DNA from: Auanema rhodensis
Taxonomy: Eukaryota; Animalia; Nematoda
DNA: 64,000 nt
Assembly (NCBI GenBank): GCA_964057225.1
Contig: OZ059898.1
Span: 12,152,001 to 12,216,000, forward strand
Direction of reading: 5' to 3'
Shown here: piece after piece, positions 25,791 through 39,500 of the stretch
Layout: every line of letters starts with the position of its first letter
Numbering within the stretch: position 1 is the first letter of the stretch
Translations under genes and position numbers: made by a program
The notes under the pieces: model-generated
What the model saw: only the letters and a program-made list of their open reading frames with translations
What the model was told of the DNA's origin: nothing
The model's database searches: none

Positions 25791-27066
25791 TTAAGATGTA
25801 TCTATACTTTTCTCAAATTTGTTTCCTCGTAATAGTCGATGAGATACGATGCTTCTCTCACTCATTGATGGCCTATCTGAAAAACAAGGAAAGAAGGGAA
25901 ATGATTAAATGAATGTTAGTGAACTTACTTAATGATATCTTTTGTGTCAAATCCACAGTTGTGTAGTCGTTATCTGAAAGATATTCAGAATCAGAGGCTC
26001 AAATCTTTTGTCTTTCAACAGACATAAGCTAATATTTTGGTTGTTGATTTTTTTTGTGTTTGTTTGTTTGTTTGTTTACATTTAATATTGAAAAAAAGAA
26101 ATTTTTATTCATACCACTATCGTCAGAAAAGAGTTGAGATGTTTTTCTCTCCTTATCTAATGGATTGCTGAATGGATCATGCTTCATATCTCTGAATATA
26201 GTTTGAAATTATAATAAATATTTTATTTATATAATATTTTACTCAATTAATTCGTCTGTTGATGAATCATTATATTCGGAAATGAATACGGGATCGCCTG
26301 AAAATATTTAGCTATTTTTATTCAAATATTATAATTGCTAAATATAATATTATAGTTAATATAAATTTATTTTTAATAAAAATTTGTATATTTATATAAT
26401 TTTGTTGATATGAATTATAAAATATAATTTTTATCATTACCGACGACATAATGCTCTTCATCTGAATCAAGTAATTCATGACGTAAATTCTCATTATCCC
26501 ATATAGGCATGTTATATTGCAATGTTGTTGTGTCTTCTGATGGATGGTTTATACGATCTGAAAAGCATCCGTGTGGGAAAAGAGGAAAGAACTTCAGCTT
26601 CATCATCATCATCATCGTTGTCGTCGTATGTTGTTATGCATTGTACGTACTACGTATGTATAATGATTATGCTGCTAATGAGGATACAAACCTGCATCAC
26701 CTAATCGTTCTTTAAACTCTATTGGTGGTGGTAGTGGAGGCTCTTCATAGCTATCCGAAATCTAAAGATCACATCGAAAATTTGATTTAAAAATAAAATT
26801 CTAAAAGACTAGAATGTGTGCAAGAGATATTCTATAAAAAGAAGAAGATAGCTTGGCCTTACTTTACGAGCTGCTTCTTTCATTATCTCTTCGAAAATTA
26901 TATCAGCATCTCGTTGTTGCTGATGTGAGCTAGCTCCTGTAAGATTTGGACGAGATGATTGTTTCAATGTATATGAGTCTGAAGCATTATCACCTTTCTC
27001 ATCTCGTTTCCATTGTGAATCCACCTTTTCTTTGTTGTTCTCTTTACGTCGAACTGAAGAATATAC
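25791..27066 (-). CDS. Uncharacterised acidic, low-complexity multi-exon protein; 5' end uncertain (may extend to ~28770)
   Basis: Small exons with GT/AG ends: VYSSVRRKENN..DIIFEEIMKEAARK / ISDSYEEPPLPPPIEFKERL / ..PIWDNENLRHELLDSDEEHYVV / ..LLRGNKFEKSIDTS*. No family recognised; not every junction phase checked. Confidence 0.6.
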
Positions 27067-28286
27067 CTATGATTTGAAAAAGAAAAAAAACAAAAGAATT
27101 GTAAAAGACAGATGTCTTAATCTCTAATCTGATAATACTCTTTCATGTATATATTCTAATAATTATTATATATTTTAATCCTTTTTTTTTCAAATCTACA
27201 AGATAAGCTTTAAAAACCAAATCAAGTTCTTTTTCAAATTCAATAAAATTTTGGATTACAAGCTCAGACAACGATTAGGTCAAAATTCAAAATGAAACTT
27301 CATTTCAGTTGTAGATTATTTAAGATTTTCTTTTACCAAAATTTCGGGAATGAAAAATAATTAATAGAACAAACCTCTGAGATACTTTAAGTGAAATAAC
27401 CCACAATTCCTATCACAGGGCCATCTAGGGCAGTAGATAGAGACACCGTTGAAACGACGATACATATGGATTTATTTAATAAAAGTCTTAATTTTGAAGT
27501 AAAATTAAAAAATTAGTAAAGTTGAAACAGAATGAAACTATAGAATATTCTCAAATAAGATAAAGGTGAAAGGATTGTGGAGACATTTACATTACGAGAT
27601 CTGAGTTGTATCTCATATAATAAAAGTTGAAGGGAGAATCAGATAAATACAATATAGTGGACGATACTTTGGGAAAAAACAATAAACTAATAAGTGAATC
27701 AACTTCAACCGAACTAAAAGTATGAGAAGAAAAGAAACCTCAGGACATCTATAAGATTAGTTCAAGATTGAGAAGAAAGCCTGAAAGATGATTATGAAGA
27801 GCAAGATGTAGATAAAAGGCAAACGAGAGGAAGAGACAAAGGTGTGTGGAGGGTACAGCCAGCCCTCTGATATAATAAGAAGGTGAGACGAAAAGAAGAA
27901 TTAAGTCAATAGAAGGCATGAAGAATACAATCAAGACGAAGAAGAGATATCACATGAAAATGAAGAGAAAGATGGCATGGCAACGAAACCCAATTGGAAT
28001 ACCCCATACCCCTGAAGACAGAGAAGGAGGTGTAAAGGTACGAGACACAGATAAACGGAAATATCAATACACACAATAGATAGTTAGTATATCTATACAA
28101 ATGGTTAAATAGGAATTTAAGTATAGTTCTTACAAAGCAAAGACAAAACCTCTTTTGAAAGCATATAGATATGTTGCGAAGCCAAGCAAAATGTTCGTAA
28201 TTAGCTGTGCAGGATAAACAAAATAGAAGTAGATGATACTATGCGATTAAAGGATGAAGTAGGATCAGAGGATAGGACATGAATCT

Positions 28287-28287
<1 letters not shown>

Positions 28288-28328
<41 letters not shown>
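28288..28328. repeat. (GA)n microsatellite
   Basis: Direct inspection. Confidence 0.95.
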
Positions 28329-28331
<3 letters not shown>

Positions 28332-29788
28332 TGATAGTTACATATAAATAAAGGAAAACTATATTCAACCTTTGACGAATATCAAGAACTGTCAATGCTT
28401 CACTACGTCACCCTCTGAATTATTATTTTTTTCTTAAAATCATCAGCAAAATTTTTTTTTTATTTAATATATAATATTTCAAATCTTTGTTTTTCATCAG
28501 TAACATAATGAACTAATTATCTACTTATTTAACTACTAATTATGGAACAAGTTTATAATTCTGATACTATACAATGAAATAGATTAGGCTAAATCAGCAG
28601 ACCTAATTAAGCTTTACCAGATTAATATGAATTACTTCATCATAATTGTTATCAAATACGTTTACTAATATCTTGAAGCTTCAAAATTTTGTGAAATACC
28701 AAGGTGTTTGGCTGAATGTAGGCAGAAGATGAGACGTATTACCTGACGAGAACATGCTCAACAAGCTCATCAATGTTGTCGAGCTAGCGTTTCGAATACA
28801 ATTATATCTGATCTTCCTTCAATCACATTCACAATCCTAATCGTTCATCTTCCGAATACGATTCAAAGTTTAAGAAAAAAGATGAAAAATAAACTGGTTT
28901 GTTCTAAATGCTTAATGACAAGTTGATTATAATACGTCTGGATGCTCAAGTTGCAGCAACTTGAAGCTCAACCTGATCAAACTTTATTGAGTATATGTCT
29001 ATAAGATCAATATGATATTTTGATACTTATACAATATTTTTTTATAGAAAATATCAATTTTTTTTTGTTTTTAAAATATTTCACTATAGCTTTTCTATCA
29101 TTTGATAAATTATAATATTATTTTTGAAGAGAAAGAGTGTATCAATCGTCTATCAGGCGTTTCCGTAAATGAGCATGAACATACATAGTTATTTTTAAAT
29201 ATTTACAATAAAATCACAATGATATTTTCATTTTTTATATTGAAAGTAAAAAGATTTGATTGCATACAACATCTTCAATGCACTTTACAAATGTTTTTTA
29301 CAAAAAAAAATTAAAGTTGTTCAATGTGACAATATTTACAACGATTGCAGTCAGTTTCTTTCCAAACCACAGAAAAGTATAATCAGGTCGGCCTTTGATT
29401 CATTCAGAAGAAAAAAAAGAATATTAAAGAGTGTGAGAATGATAGAGATGTTAAAGAAATGAAAACGTCATTGTTGATTGTACAGGAAACTTTTTGATCG
29501 CTGAGATCAACTTTTGGATTCAAGCCACTCCTATATGACATTTCCTTTAAATGGAAAATTATCTTCTTAACCCTATTCTCTTTAGTTACTTCAGCAGAAC
29601 TATTCGAATTGATGATGAAATTATATTTTATTTTTCCTTTTACCTTATACTCGTATAGTCCTCATCAAGCATTAACTCTCTCTCTCTCTCCCTCTCTCTT
29701 ACTCTCTCTATCTCTCTATCTCTACAAACTGTATATCATCTCTTATACTACACACATCTTCATTTTAAAAGCAACAAAATGTTTCAGA

Positions 29789-30235
29789 ATGATCAGTAAA
29801 AGTCCAATTGTTCTAATTATATTTATTCTTTTTATAATAATAAATAATATAACTGCTGCCGTTATACAAGGTAAATTAGAAATTTTCCCTTTTTTACGGC
29901 AAAAAAAAAATTTTAAAACCTCTTCATATAATATTACAGGATATCGTGCCTATGACAATCAGGGAACAGTGTATTATCCACCAAATTATAATCACATTCA
30001 ATACTATCAACAGCCCCAATTTCCATATGATTACTCCAGACAATATGCTGCAAATCCAAGCAATTCATATTCTTCAGCTTTCTATCAACAACCATATCCA
30101 ACATATCAACCATTTCAATCGAACTTCAACCCACCCGGCTTATTTGGTCTACGTCGACGATCCGGACATTCAGATCGTTACGGAGGAAATTTGGGATACA
30201 GTTATGGATGTATAGGCAGATGCGTCGGAGGATGA
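29789..30235 (+). CDS. Small secreted Tyr/Gln/Pro-rich precursor protein, 2 exons (intron 29871-29939)
   Basis: TTTCAG directly before ATG; hydrophobic signal MISKSPIVLIIFILFIIINNITAA; YQP-rich body; GLFGL-RRR-SGHSDRYGGNLGYSYGCIGRCVGG*. Confidence 0.85.
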   Translation: MISKSPIVLIIFILFIIINNITAAVIQGKLEIFPFLRQKKNFKTSSYNITGYRAYDNQGTVYYPPNYNHIQYYQQPQFPYDYSRQYAANPSNSYSSAFYQQPYPTYQPFQSNFNPPGLFGLRRRSGHSDRYGGNLGYSYGCIGRCVGG

Positions 30236-33200
30236 TGTCATACATCTTTCTGTTACATATGATTATGATTGTGTATGTAGTACATTCGTTAGTAGATTTG
30301 AACTTATAGAGCGATGTTCAAAGAAAAAATCTCATAACTCCTACTGATGATACGATGAAATACGATAACAATTTTATTTAAATTCACTTGATTATATACA
30401 TATTTTATCAGGGAATGGTTATATAACGTAGTTAAATTTCAATATAACATATACATATGTCATATATTGTATTATATTATATTTCTTAGAGTACATACGG
30501 GTTATATTTATTTGAAATAAAATATATAATTTACTTTACTCGTGTATGTCTTCGTTGATGTTATAAGTATTGTATATAATTCATAGATATTGACATAATC
30601 ATAAGGAACTTTAGTCAATGATAATTCATAAATCAAGTTCTTTTATGGAAGAAAAAATTCAGTTTACTACTGGATGATTAAGTGAAATGGATATATGGTG
30701 TTACATCTTATTCTGATCATTATCATGAACATTTCAACAGAAAATCTTGGATGATGTCATTGTATTAACTCTATTGGTAAACAATATCTCTTTCCCTCCT
30801 TTCCCCCAGCTCCCCACCCCTTCTCTCTCTCTCTTTCTTTCTGGAAATGAATTCCCCTCTATATTTCAATCGTTAAGCTTTTCTCTCTCTCCTAACTGAG
30901 AGCTTGGAGAATAGAGTAAGAGAAATAAAAAGATAGAGAGTGAGAAAGTTAATAGATGAAAGAGAGAGAAAACGTTCTATAAACCATAATGTTTATAAGA
31001 ATTTCTCCATTTTTTTTATGTTCATCTGGCCAATGATCAATAATTCCATGTAGAAAGTAAATATTAATTCAAAAATAATTCTAGTTTATACCTGCAACCG
31101 ATCTGACTGCTAGCAGAAGAATAATGTAAACATTCCACGTAATTCACGTACATATTTTCATTTTTTTCCGTCCAATCACACTAAAGTTTGAGCTGTCATC
31201 GAGAATAGTTCTATCATTCCAAGATCTCATTTGGTTGCAACTTACAGATAATTGAATTCAAAGAATATATTGACAGTATATGTATTTCTTCTTAGTATAA
31301 GTCCACAATGTGTTATATCTAAAAGACTTCTTCAAGAATTCTGTAAATAACTTTATTTCTGACATCATCACACATTTCAACATTCAAATATATTTTTAAA
31401 ACTTTCAATCAACGTCATCATAAAGCTTTATTTGAATAAATATGAAAGAAATACAATGATATATATATATGAATTACTTTTACTTTTTACATTCAATCAA
31501 TTAGTTTATTAATTTTGATTATTCAACTTGATTATTGGTCAATTGCATAAAATCATCAGAAATTATAATTTTTGGTTGTTTAAATATAGAACAAATTTTA
31601 TCTTTTTAATTGAAACATTAATCAATTACTTACGGTAAAACATTGGTAAAAGTTATAGTTAGCTATTGAATTAAATTTTTTTTTAAATATGTGCAGCAAT
31701 TTATATATTTTATTTATCAAACTAATTATAAAGTCTATATACTCCCCGACAAGAATAATGGTTCAAAATATAATTTTTTAAGCAGAAAGAAGAGAGAAGA
31801 AAAAATGATGAAAACTAATCTTTGATTACAATAGAAGTTTGCAAATTTTTTTTTCTTCATTAAATCAAAAATTGTTCATATTTTATTACTCAGCATAGAT
31901 GATTTGTGGAGTTAATACTTAAATTTTTCTAATTATCTATTCGTTTGATAGTTTGTTAGCACTAGCTGGGTGGAAAAAATTATTATTATAACATTTTCTT
32001 TCATTAAAAATGAACTTTTAAAGTATTTTTAGTAATTATGTTCTAGAATTGAACTCTTTCTAGTCATCAATCATATCTGAATATCCTAAGATGTTTGCTC
32101 ATGTTCTCATGCAAAAGTGAGAACACACATCTTAGATCAGGTTGATCACATTAATGATTTTAAGATGTTTGGATGCGTGTATGTGTTAGTGGAGTCATCG
32201 TATTCGATAACGAAATTGGAAAAAAAATATTTTTCCCTTGTTCATCTTATCGAGGATGATTCTTGTAAAACCAATTTAATACGAAGCCATGCGAGATACA
32301 TTCCGACGAAATCAGCTTGAATAAGTATTTGATGCTGAGGCCCACTTGATTTTTGCAAGAATCCACCTGTCTAGTGCTCGCCCACACATTGCTAAGCGTC
32401 CACGCTCGGTCCGTCAGAAGCAGAAGAATCATAACCAGTTTAATACCATTTTCCTCTCAATACTTCGGCAAAATCGTTGCATCATCGCTACAAGAAAGAG
32501 AGTGATGAGATTAATGATCAGATGAGAATAGGTACACTTAAATCTTCTATTCGTATGTTTTAATTCTAACATAAACAATCAGCGAGGAAAAAACGAAAAG
32601 TTGTCTAAACAAGCTTTTAGAGTCAAATGATCAGCAAGTGTCAATAATGAGCAGAGATAGAAATGATTCTTAATGATGAAAAATCAAAAACATCCCTTTT
32701 TTCCCATTTCATAAACCAATGACTAAATCAAGCACAAGACTACAACATATTTCAAAATTATTTCCAATGATTACTCAGACTTCTCGCGAATGGACGCCCG
32801 TCCGATTGTCAGTAAGTAAACTGAAGCATATATCTGCAAGACCTTTTTTTGCTATACTTCCATTCGAAAATTTGACGAAATATATACTTACGACGACAAT
32901 TTATCAAACAAATTCTTTAGAAATTCTCCAGAACAATTCTATAAAGACTATCACATCAAACTCGATACATTGAGAATAAATAGATTTGTGTCTGTCTATA
33001 TGTTAGTGGGCTAGTCTAATTCTATGTTTAACTGAGATCAAACTTCTGGCTTCACTCCAAAAAATATGATCAATGTTTTGGAATCCATGCTGCAGCTCCC
33101 ACCCCCCCCCCCCCCCGACGATCCTCGGTCGTTAGCCAGATTCGCCCTGCCTGTTAATTTCTGGATTCGCGTTGTCAATTCGTTGATGATGGATCATTTG

Positions 33201-34631
33201 CATTGCAGAAGTGTTTTCCTAGTTTCTTTTTCTTCTGTTGTTCCGCGAGAAGTTGAGATTACCTTCATCTGTATCTGTTCTTTCCATCTTGCATCTATAG
33301 TTTGACCAAGTTCTTGTCAGGAATTGCCGCAAAAAAAGAAATATTTAAGCAATACCAACAAAGCATTGCTTTTACATTAGTTGAGAAGACAATTTGTAAC
33401 AGCAAGCAAGACTTCATGCTAAGGAAAGAGAAAAGAAGGGAGAGAGAGAGAGATAGACAGAGAGAGGGTAGAGACTGACTTCGGCGAAGGAAGCATGAAT
33501 GACATAGCAAAAGAAACAGCGGAGTGCACAGATCGCCGTGTGATCTGTGATGTTGCTGTTCTGCCTCGTCTCATCATCACAGATTGCTGACCAACCGCCA
33601 TACACCATCATGACTTTGTTGATCCATTTTGATAATTATCTGAAATTAACTTGAATGTCGCAATTAGAATGCAAAGATCTAGATAATATCTCCAATGTTT
33701 TCTGTGTTTATTCGGTTGGTTTTACCATGATACTAATACTGCTACCGGGTTCAACGAAACGCCATGCTTCGCTCGTTTTTGGCACTCTTCTAAGCACTCT
33801 CATATTCGCTCTTCTCGCTCTTCTCTCTTCCTCTCTCTCTCTTTCTGTTCATTTTCCCTTCTTTATCTATCTTTCTATCACTTTATATTTTCTCTCTCTG
33901 TATCTCTCACTCCTTTTACTGCACTCTTCCTATCCTTCTCTCTCAATCGCTATTACCCCCATCACATTTGGAAGTTTGATTTTTGATGTGTGAAGCATCA
34001 GCTATCGACTTTGTATGTTTAAGTGATCTAAGAGTATAACTGCTTAGTATAGCTGTTTTAGGTAACCCAAATACAATCGTCTACGTACTACTATAATCTT
34101 CTGTATTTTAATTCACATTAGATGGTTTATTTCCGGAAAAAAACGACTTGTTTGTCATGTATCACAATGTTTTTTTCATCCTGTCTTCTTTGTGTATCGG
34201 ACATCCTTTCTCTTTGCCTCCTACTTCACTTTCAGTTCTAATTCTTCTTCTAGCTCTCTACTTGCCATATATCCTAACTAGTAGTTAGCAAACATACGAG
34301 AACCCCGAATCATCATCAGCATAATCGTCGTCATCATCGACATCTGTTGTATCCACAGAATTTCATTTCTATTACTGCAATTTTGAAAAGTGTAATTAAC
34401 ACTTCTTTTTCAAAAAGCTTTTCATCACTTTGCGTTCAAAATTTATTTTCCAATTTAATCAGTTCTATCTATCGTCCTGTAATATTGCTTAGTTTATAGA
34501 TCACTTCGTCATCACTAATTCAGCTATTCGCTTATGCCCACCCCCCCTCCACTTGATACCCCTGGGTTCAAAGTAGGACATTAGATTCTTGTCCAGATAC
34601 AATTTCTCCCAGCTTTCTCTGTATCCTTCCT

Positions 34632-34633
<2 letters not shown>

Positions 34634-34712
<79 letters not shown>

Positions 34713-34716
34713 CTAT
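34634..34716. repeat. Compound (TC)n(TATC)n microsatellite
   Basis: Direct inspection. Confidence 0.95.
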
Positions 34717-34902
34717 CTTCATATCTCTTTCATTCAATACCACGATTTTGCCATCTTATTCTGAAAGCGGTAACGGTCTTCTGTTGAACTTTTGCCGGTT
34801 CGACAGATAGACATGGGAATGATGAAAATAACTGGTTCAAACCTACATAGATAGCTTTGGCTTAGTTGCAGAACGAAAAAAAGAATGTCACATATTAGCT
34901 TG

Positions 34903-34912
34903 ATGACGTCAT
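34903..34912. promoter_or_regulatory. CRE palindrome ATGACGTCAT
   Basis: Exact 10-bp palindrome containing the CREB/ATF consensus TGACGTCA. Confidence 0.4.
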
Positions 34913-36585
34913 AGTATCACTACTAGTTCAGTCATTCATATATTACAGTCTTATTAAGTTTTCTTTTTCATACTCAGTCTCTTACTATCTCTACTTTATC
35001 TATTTCTTTCTATTATATTTCTATATCTTGTTTCTCTTTCATGTAACACCTCTACTCATAGCTTCTTATCTATTTATTCCATAAAATTTTTTTTTTTTTT
35101 ATAAACTTCTATCAATATTCTATATATATATATAGAATATTTATTTTTATAGCATTTAACTTAATTATAATATTATTTTAATTTATTTATAAGGTTATAT
35201 ACATAATTAGTTACTGACTTAGTTATATATAGTATATTCATATATATATATATATACGTCAAAGTTATATAAATTCAATTTCTCATTAAAAGATCAAATT
35301 TATTTGATAAATATATAAAACTTCTTTTCTTCATCATTTCTAGTTGATGATGGAAAAAAAAGAATGTGAAAATATCATTCAGGAAATAGAATAAATTTTG
35401 ATTCAATTAACTTTATTACAAATTTTTTTTTCTTTTGGCATTATGTTTCATGAAGAAATATCAATATTATATATTAATTTAGAAAAGGATAGTTAGATAT
35501 GCATTTGAACTTTTACATATCTACTATTGTCATTTCATAGTACATGTAGTTTATGTTGAATTAATCGAAAGAATTTAATGAAAATTAACATAATAAAATA
35601 TTAAATGATGATCGTATTAGAAGAAATACACATCAGACACAAAAAAAATGTTTGAACCTTATCGTAAAAGCATTGCTAGGATGATAGAAAAGGTCTTGAT
35701 TTGTTGCAGCCAACTGAACAAATCAACAGTGTTTTGTCCATTTTTATTGGAAATGGAAAAAAAAAGTTAAACGAAACAAAGACTGATGTTTGAACTCTTG
35801 CCGGATCATAAAGAAGAATATGATCCTAATACTGTTAAGATTCACCTGTATGTCATGTGGTACGTATGTTCATAGGTTGGAGTTCATCTTGAACTCTTTC
35901 ATAAATCTTAAATGCCAATCTGGCAGTGGCAATCACATCTTATCGATATTTTTTTCTTTTCGGAGAGAGATTAAACGATAATTTGTTTTCAGAGGCAGAC
36001 AAAAAAAAGAAAACAAAAGATCAAAATGATGAAAAGGTTATTAATATCTTAAATTATATACATATACTATATGTATTTATAGTATAATATACAAATTATT
36101 GAGTATAAATTGGCCAGTTGAATGTATCATACACAAACGTGTAATCAAGCCATCAAGCCTACCAAAACCGGAAAGGACACATGAACGCTGATCATCAAAA
36201 GCTTAGGTGTGTCGATGTGTAGATGTAAACTGTCTGCTGCCTGTATGACTATGATGTGTGTGTGTGTGTGAGTGTGTGTGTATGTAAGTCTGAGTACGGT
36301 TATGTGTACGCACGACTAGAAATCTTTGTGTGTGAGTATCTGTATACGTGAGTGAGTATGTGCATATATGTATGAATCTATATGTTTTCAGCTTCAATTT
36401 TTGATTCTTCAATATTTCAAATTTTAAAATATTTGATCTTTATTTGAATCAAAAATGTAACATTTTACTCTTTTTTTTTATTTAAATCGTTATGGTTACT
36501 AATATTCATTATTATTTATGCTAATTTTCACGTACAATTCCGTGAATTATTAGTTGAACTCATGCAAAATCATTTAGTTCTGTTT

Positions 36586-36595
36586 ATGACGTCAT
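36586..36595. promoter_or_regulatory. CRE palindrome ATGACGTCAT (second copy)
   Basis: Exact 10-bp palindrome next to a CT-rich island. Confidence 0.4.
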
Positions 36596-39500
36596 GATCG
36601 GTTGACCACTACCTTTTCTCTTTTTAATTTTTTTCTTATTTCTCTTATAGATATTCACTATTTTGGCCTGTATCATTATTCGTTTTTTCTCTGTTTCTCT
36701 CTCTCATTCTCTTACTCACTCTTTCTCTCGATCAGAACCGTTTTTTTTTTTGCAAAAGGAGACGATGTTATCTGTAATGTATGCTCATCAAGCTGTTCTC
36801 TCTATCATCTATGGTCACTTATAGTCAGTCACTCAGCGTATCAAGCGATCTTTTGCAGAAACACCAGCTGACTATGTTTCTCTTATACTCACATCATTTC
36901 ATCCTAGCCTTCATAATGTAATATCACTTACTTTGATCTACTCTCATAAGTCTCGCAAGTTGTATTTGAGCAAATCTCGAGGCGGCAAAAAACATAACGT
37001 TTGATATCTTCTGACAAAAATTAAAAAAAACAGATCGATATCATCTTATGATAGTTTCATAGCTTATCACCATCATGATTCTCTTGTCATCATTTTATCT
37101 GAATATCATTGAGTCATCCTCGGTAACGAATTCTCTCTTCATTTCCTTTATTATCTTTTTTTCTATAATATCTAGCTCTTCTCTCGCCATCTTTCAATTT
37201 CTTTGTTGATTACTTCTTTTCTATTTCACTGCTCTTTGATCATTCTCCTTTTCTATCCAGGCTATAGCTTCACATAAAGAATATCTTGATCATCATCACC
37301 TAACTTTTCCTTTACTCCCTATTATTTTTCTTCTTTTTCATCTATTTTTCACTTTATTTCCAACATCAACAGAGATTAAATGCCAATATAAGCTATCTTA
37401 ATCAGCTGCTTCATCATGTCCATTTTCTAATCATATTGTTAACTATAAAAAAATTTATAATGTTCATTTAGCGCATTAAATTCTCAATCTATATATATAA
37501 CTTTATCAAAATATCCATTAATTTTTTCTGAAAATAGCCTTTTTATGTAATTTCATAGATCAAAATGTTTTATTTGTTAACTGGAACATAAACATTTGCT
37601 GTATGTAGTTAGTCAAGCTCATAATTCCACTCCATTTCCCTTCCTATGATCAGAAAAAAAGCATTTTTGGGGTAAACCTTACTTTCTAACACTCAGCTTC
37701 CATTTACTAACAAAAACAACTAATCAAAGTACAACATGGAATTGTTTCTCATTTTTACTCTTTTCAACTTTCATACACCATCTACCTTCATTTCCAAAAA
37801 GAACAATACAAAAGATATGTTGTAATAGTCTGAAGAACATCTCGATCTGGAAAAAAAAAAGTTGTCTTTCAAACGATACGTCATATTATCCGGCCGTTCA
37901 GTTTTGGAGAAAAAATTTTATTTTTGGCCCATATCACTAGAATGCCTTCTCTTCTATTTGATAATTTCATATGTTATCTCAACATAACTTATACCTGAGA
38001 ATGATTAAAGAACCTGATCTGTGGTTTGAATTAACTGATTAGAGAACACAGGCAATTGCTATTGAATATCTCCGCTAATATTTATTATTCATGTCATATA
38101 AGGTTTTTATGCGAAAAGTTCAGGTAGCAAGTAATGGATGACGGTCATTTCACTTATAAATCTTCCATTATGTCATAATATTTGAATTTAAATTCAATTA
38201 TTATTAAAAATAGAATATTTTTATCACATATGTAAATTATTTAGAATTAGTTATATAATATAGTTATGCGATAATCCAATCACAGACGTTGCTATTAATG
38301 TCATAGAGAAATGTCTTAGAGTCTTCAAAATTTTATTTTTTTTCTCTATTGCACCCCACACGCCAACTATCTTCTCTCTTCCCCCACCCCACCCTCCATC
38401 TTCTGCCTGATGCTGCTGTCCTGATCTCCGATCCAATGCCAGATGTTTGATGTTTCTGTTCAGCCTGTTACTAGCTATGTTCCGCTGCTAACGTTGTCGT
38501 CGTCGTTGTCGTCGTCGTCTGCTGAGCTGAGATCTCTACTTGTTAAATATATTTTGATGTCCTCTCTAGAAAGTTGTCTTCGTTTTATGTGCGTGTCTAG
38601 CACTCTCTCTCTTCATATTTCTTGTATTTTCATCATTTGGCCCTATATGGAATCACAACAACCTCTTAGTACATCAGTACAGAATTTTGATCGACTACAA
38701 CACTTCTGCATCGTATTTCCTACCTGATTGGCTAATCACAAATAGTTCAATCTAAATGAGCTCTTTTGATGCATCGAAAAACAAAAGTAGAGGTTCTGAT
38801 GATGATGCTTTATCAACTTTTCTATTATCTCAATGTTCTATGTAGAATTTGTTGTGAACGAACTTCATCGCATATTTAACCGTAATTTAAACTTGGTGAG
38901 CAATATATTAATTAGAAATTAACAAACAATCGCTGTTTTTCCTTCTATTACCTCTCATCCCTTTTCAGCATATTATTAATTTATATATGTTTGAGCAGAT
39001 AGCAGCAGTTATATCCAGAATAGGCTTATTTAGGAAGTTCATCTTTGATCGTAGATCATAACTCTATATGTAGAAAGCGAAATAGGATATACTCACATTT
39101 GAATATATTCGTTGAGAATATTCGCTTTCTTGCTTGTTCTTATGCAGTTACCTCGCTTACCCTTTCTGCTTCTCCCCAACTTTAGCTTTAAGGACTCTCT
39201 ATAATCCGTTTACACTCCTTCACCTATTCTCTATCTCTCTCTCTCTCTATCTCTATCTCTCTCTCTCTTTCTCTTGCTCTTTCTCTCGTTCTTTCTCTGT
39301 TTCTCTACATAGCCTTCTCTATTATCTCAGTTCAAAAAGTAAGTTGGCGACTTTTTCGTGTAAAAATAGCTTATGAATGATATATTTTCTATAGAATTTG
39401 TGCTCTATTCTAGCTTTCTTGACCTTTTCTTTTTTCACCGGATACAATTATCAGATCTAGTTTTAATCTCTCTTTAACTATCTCTTTTTTCCTATCTATT

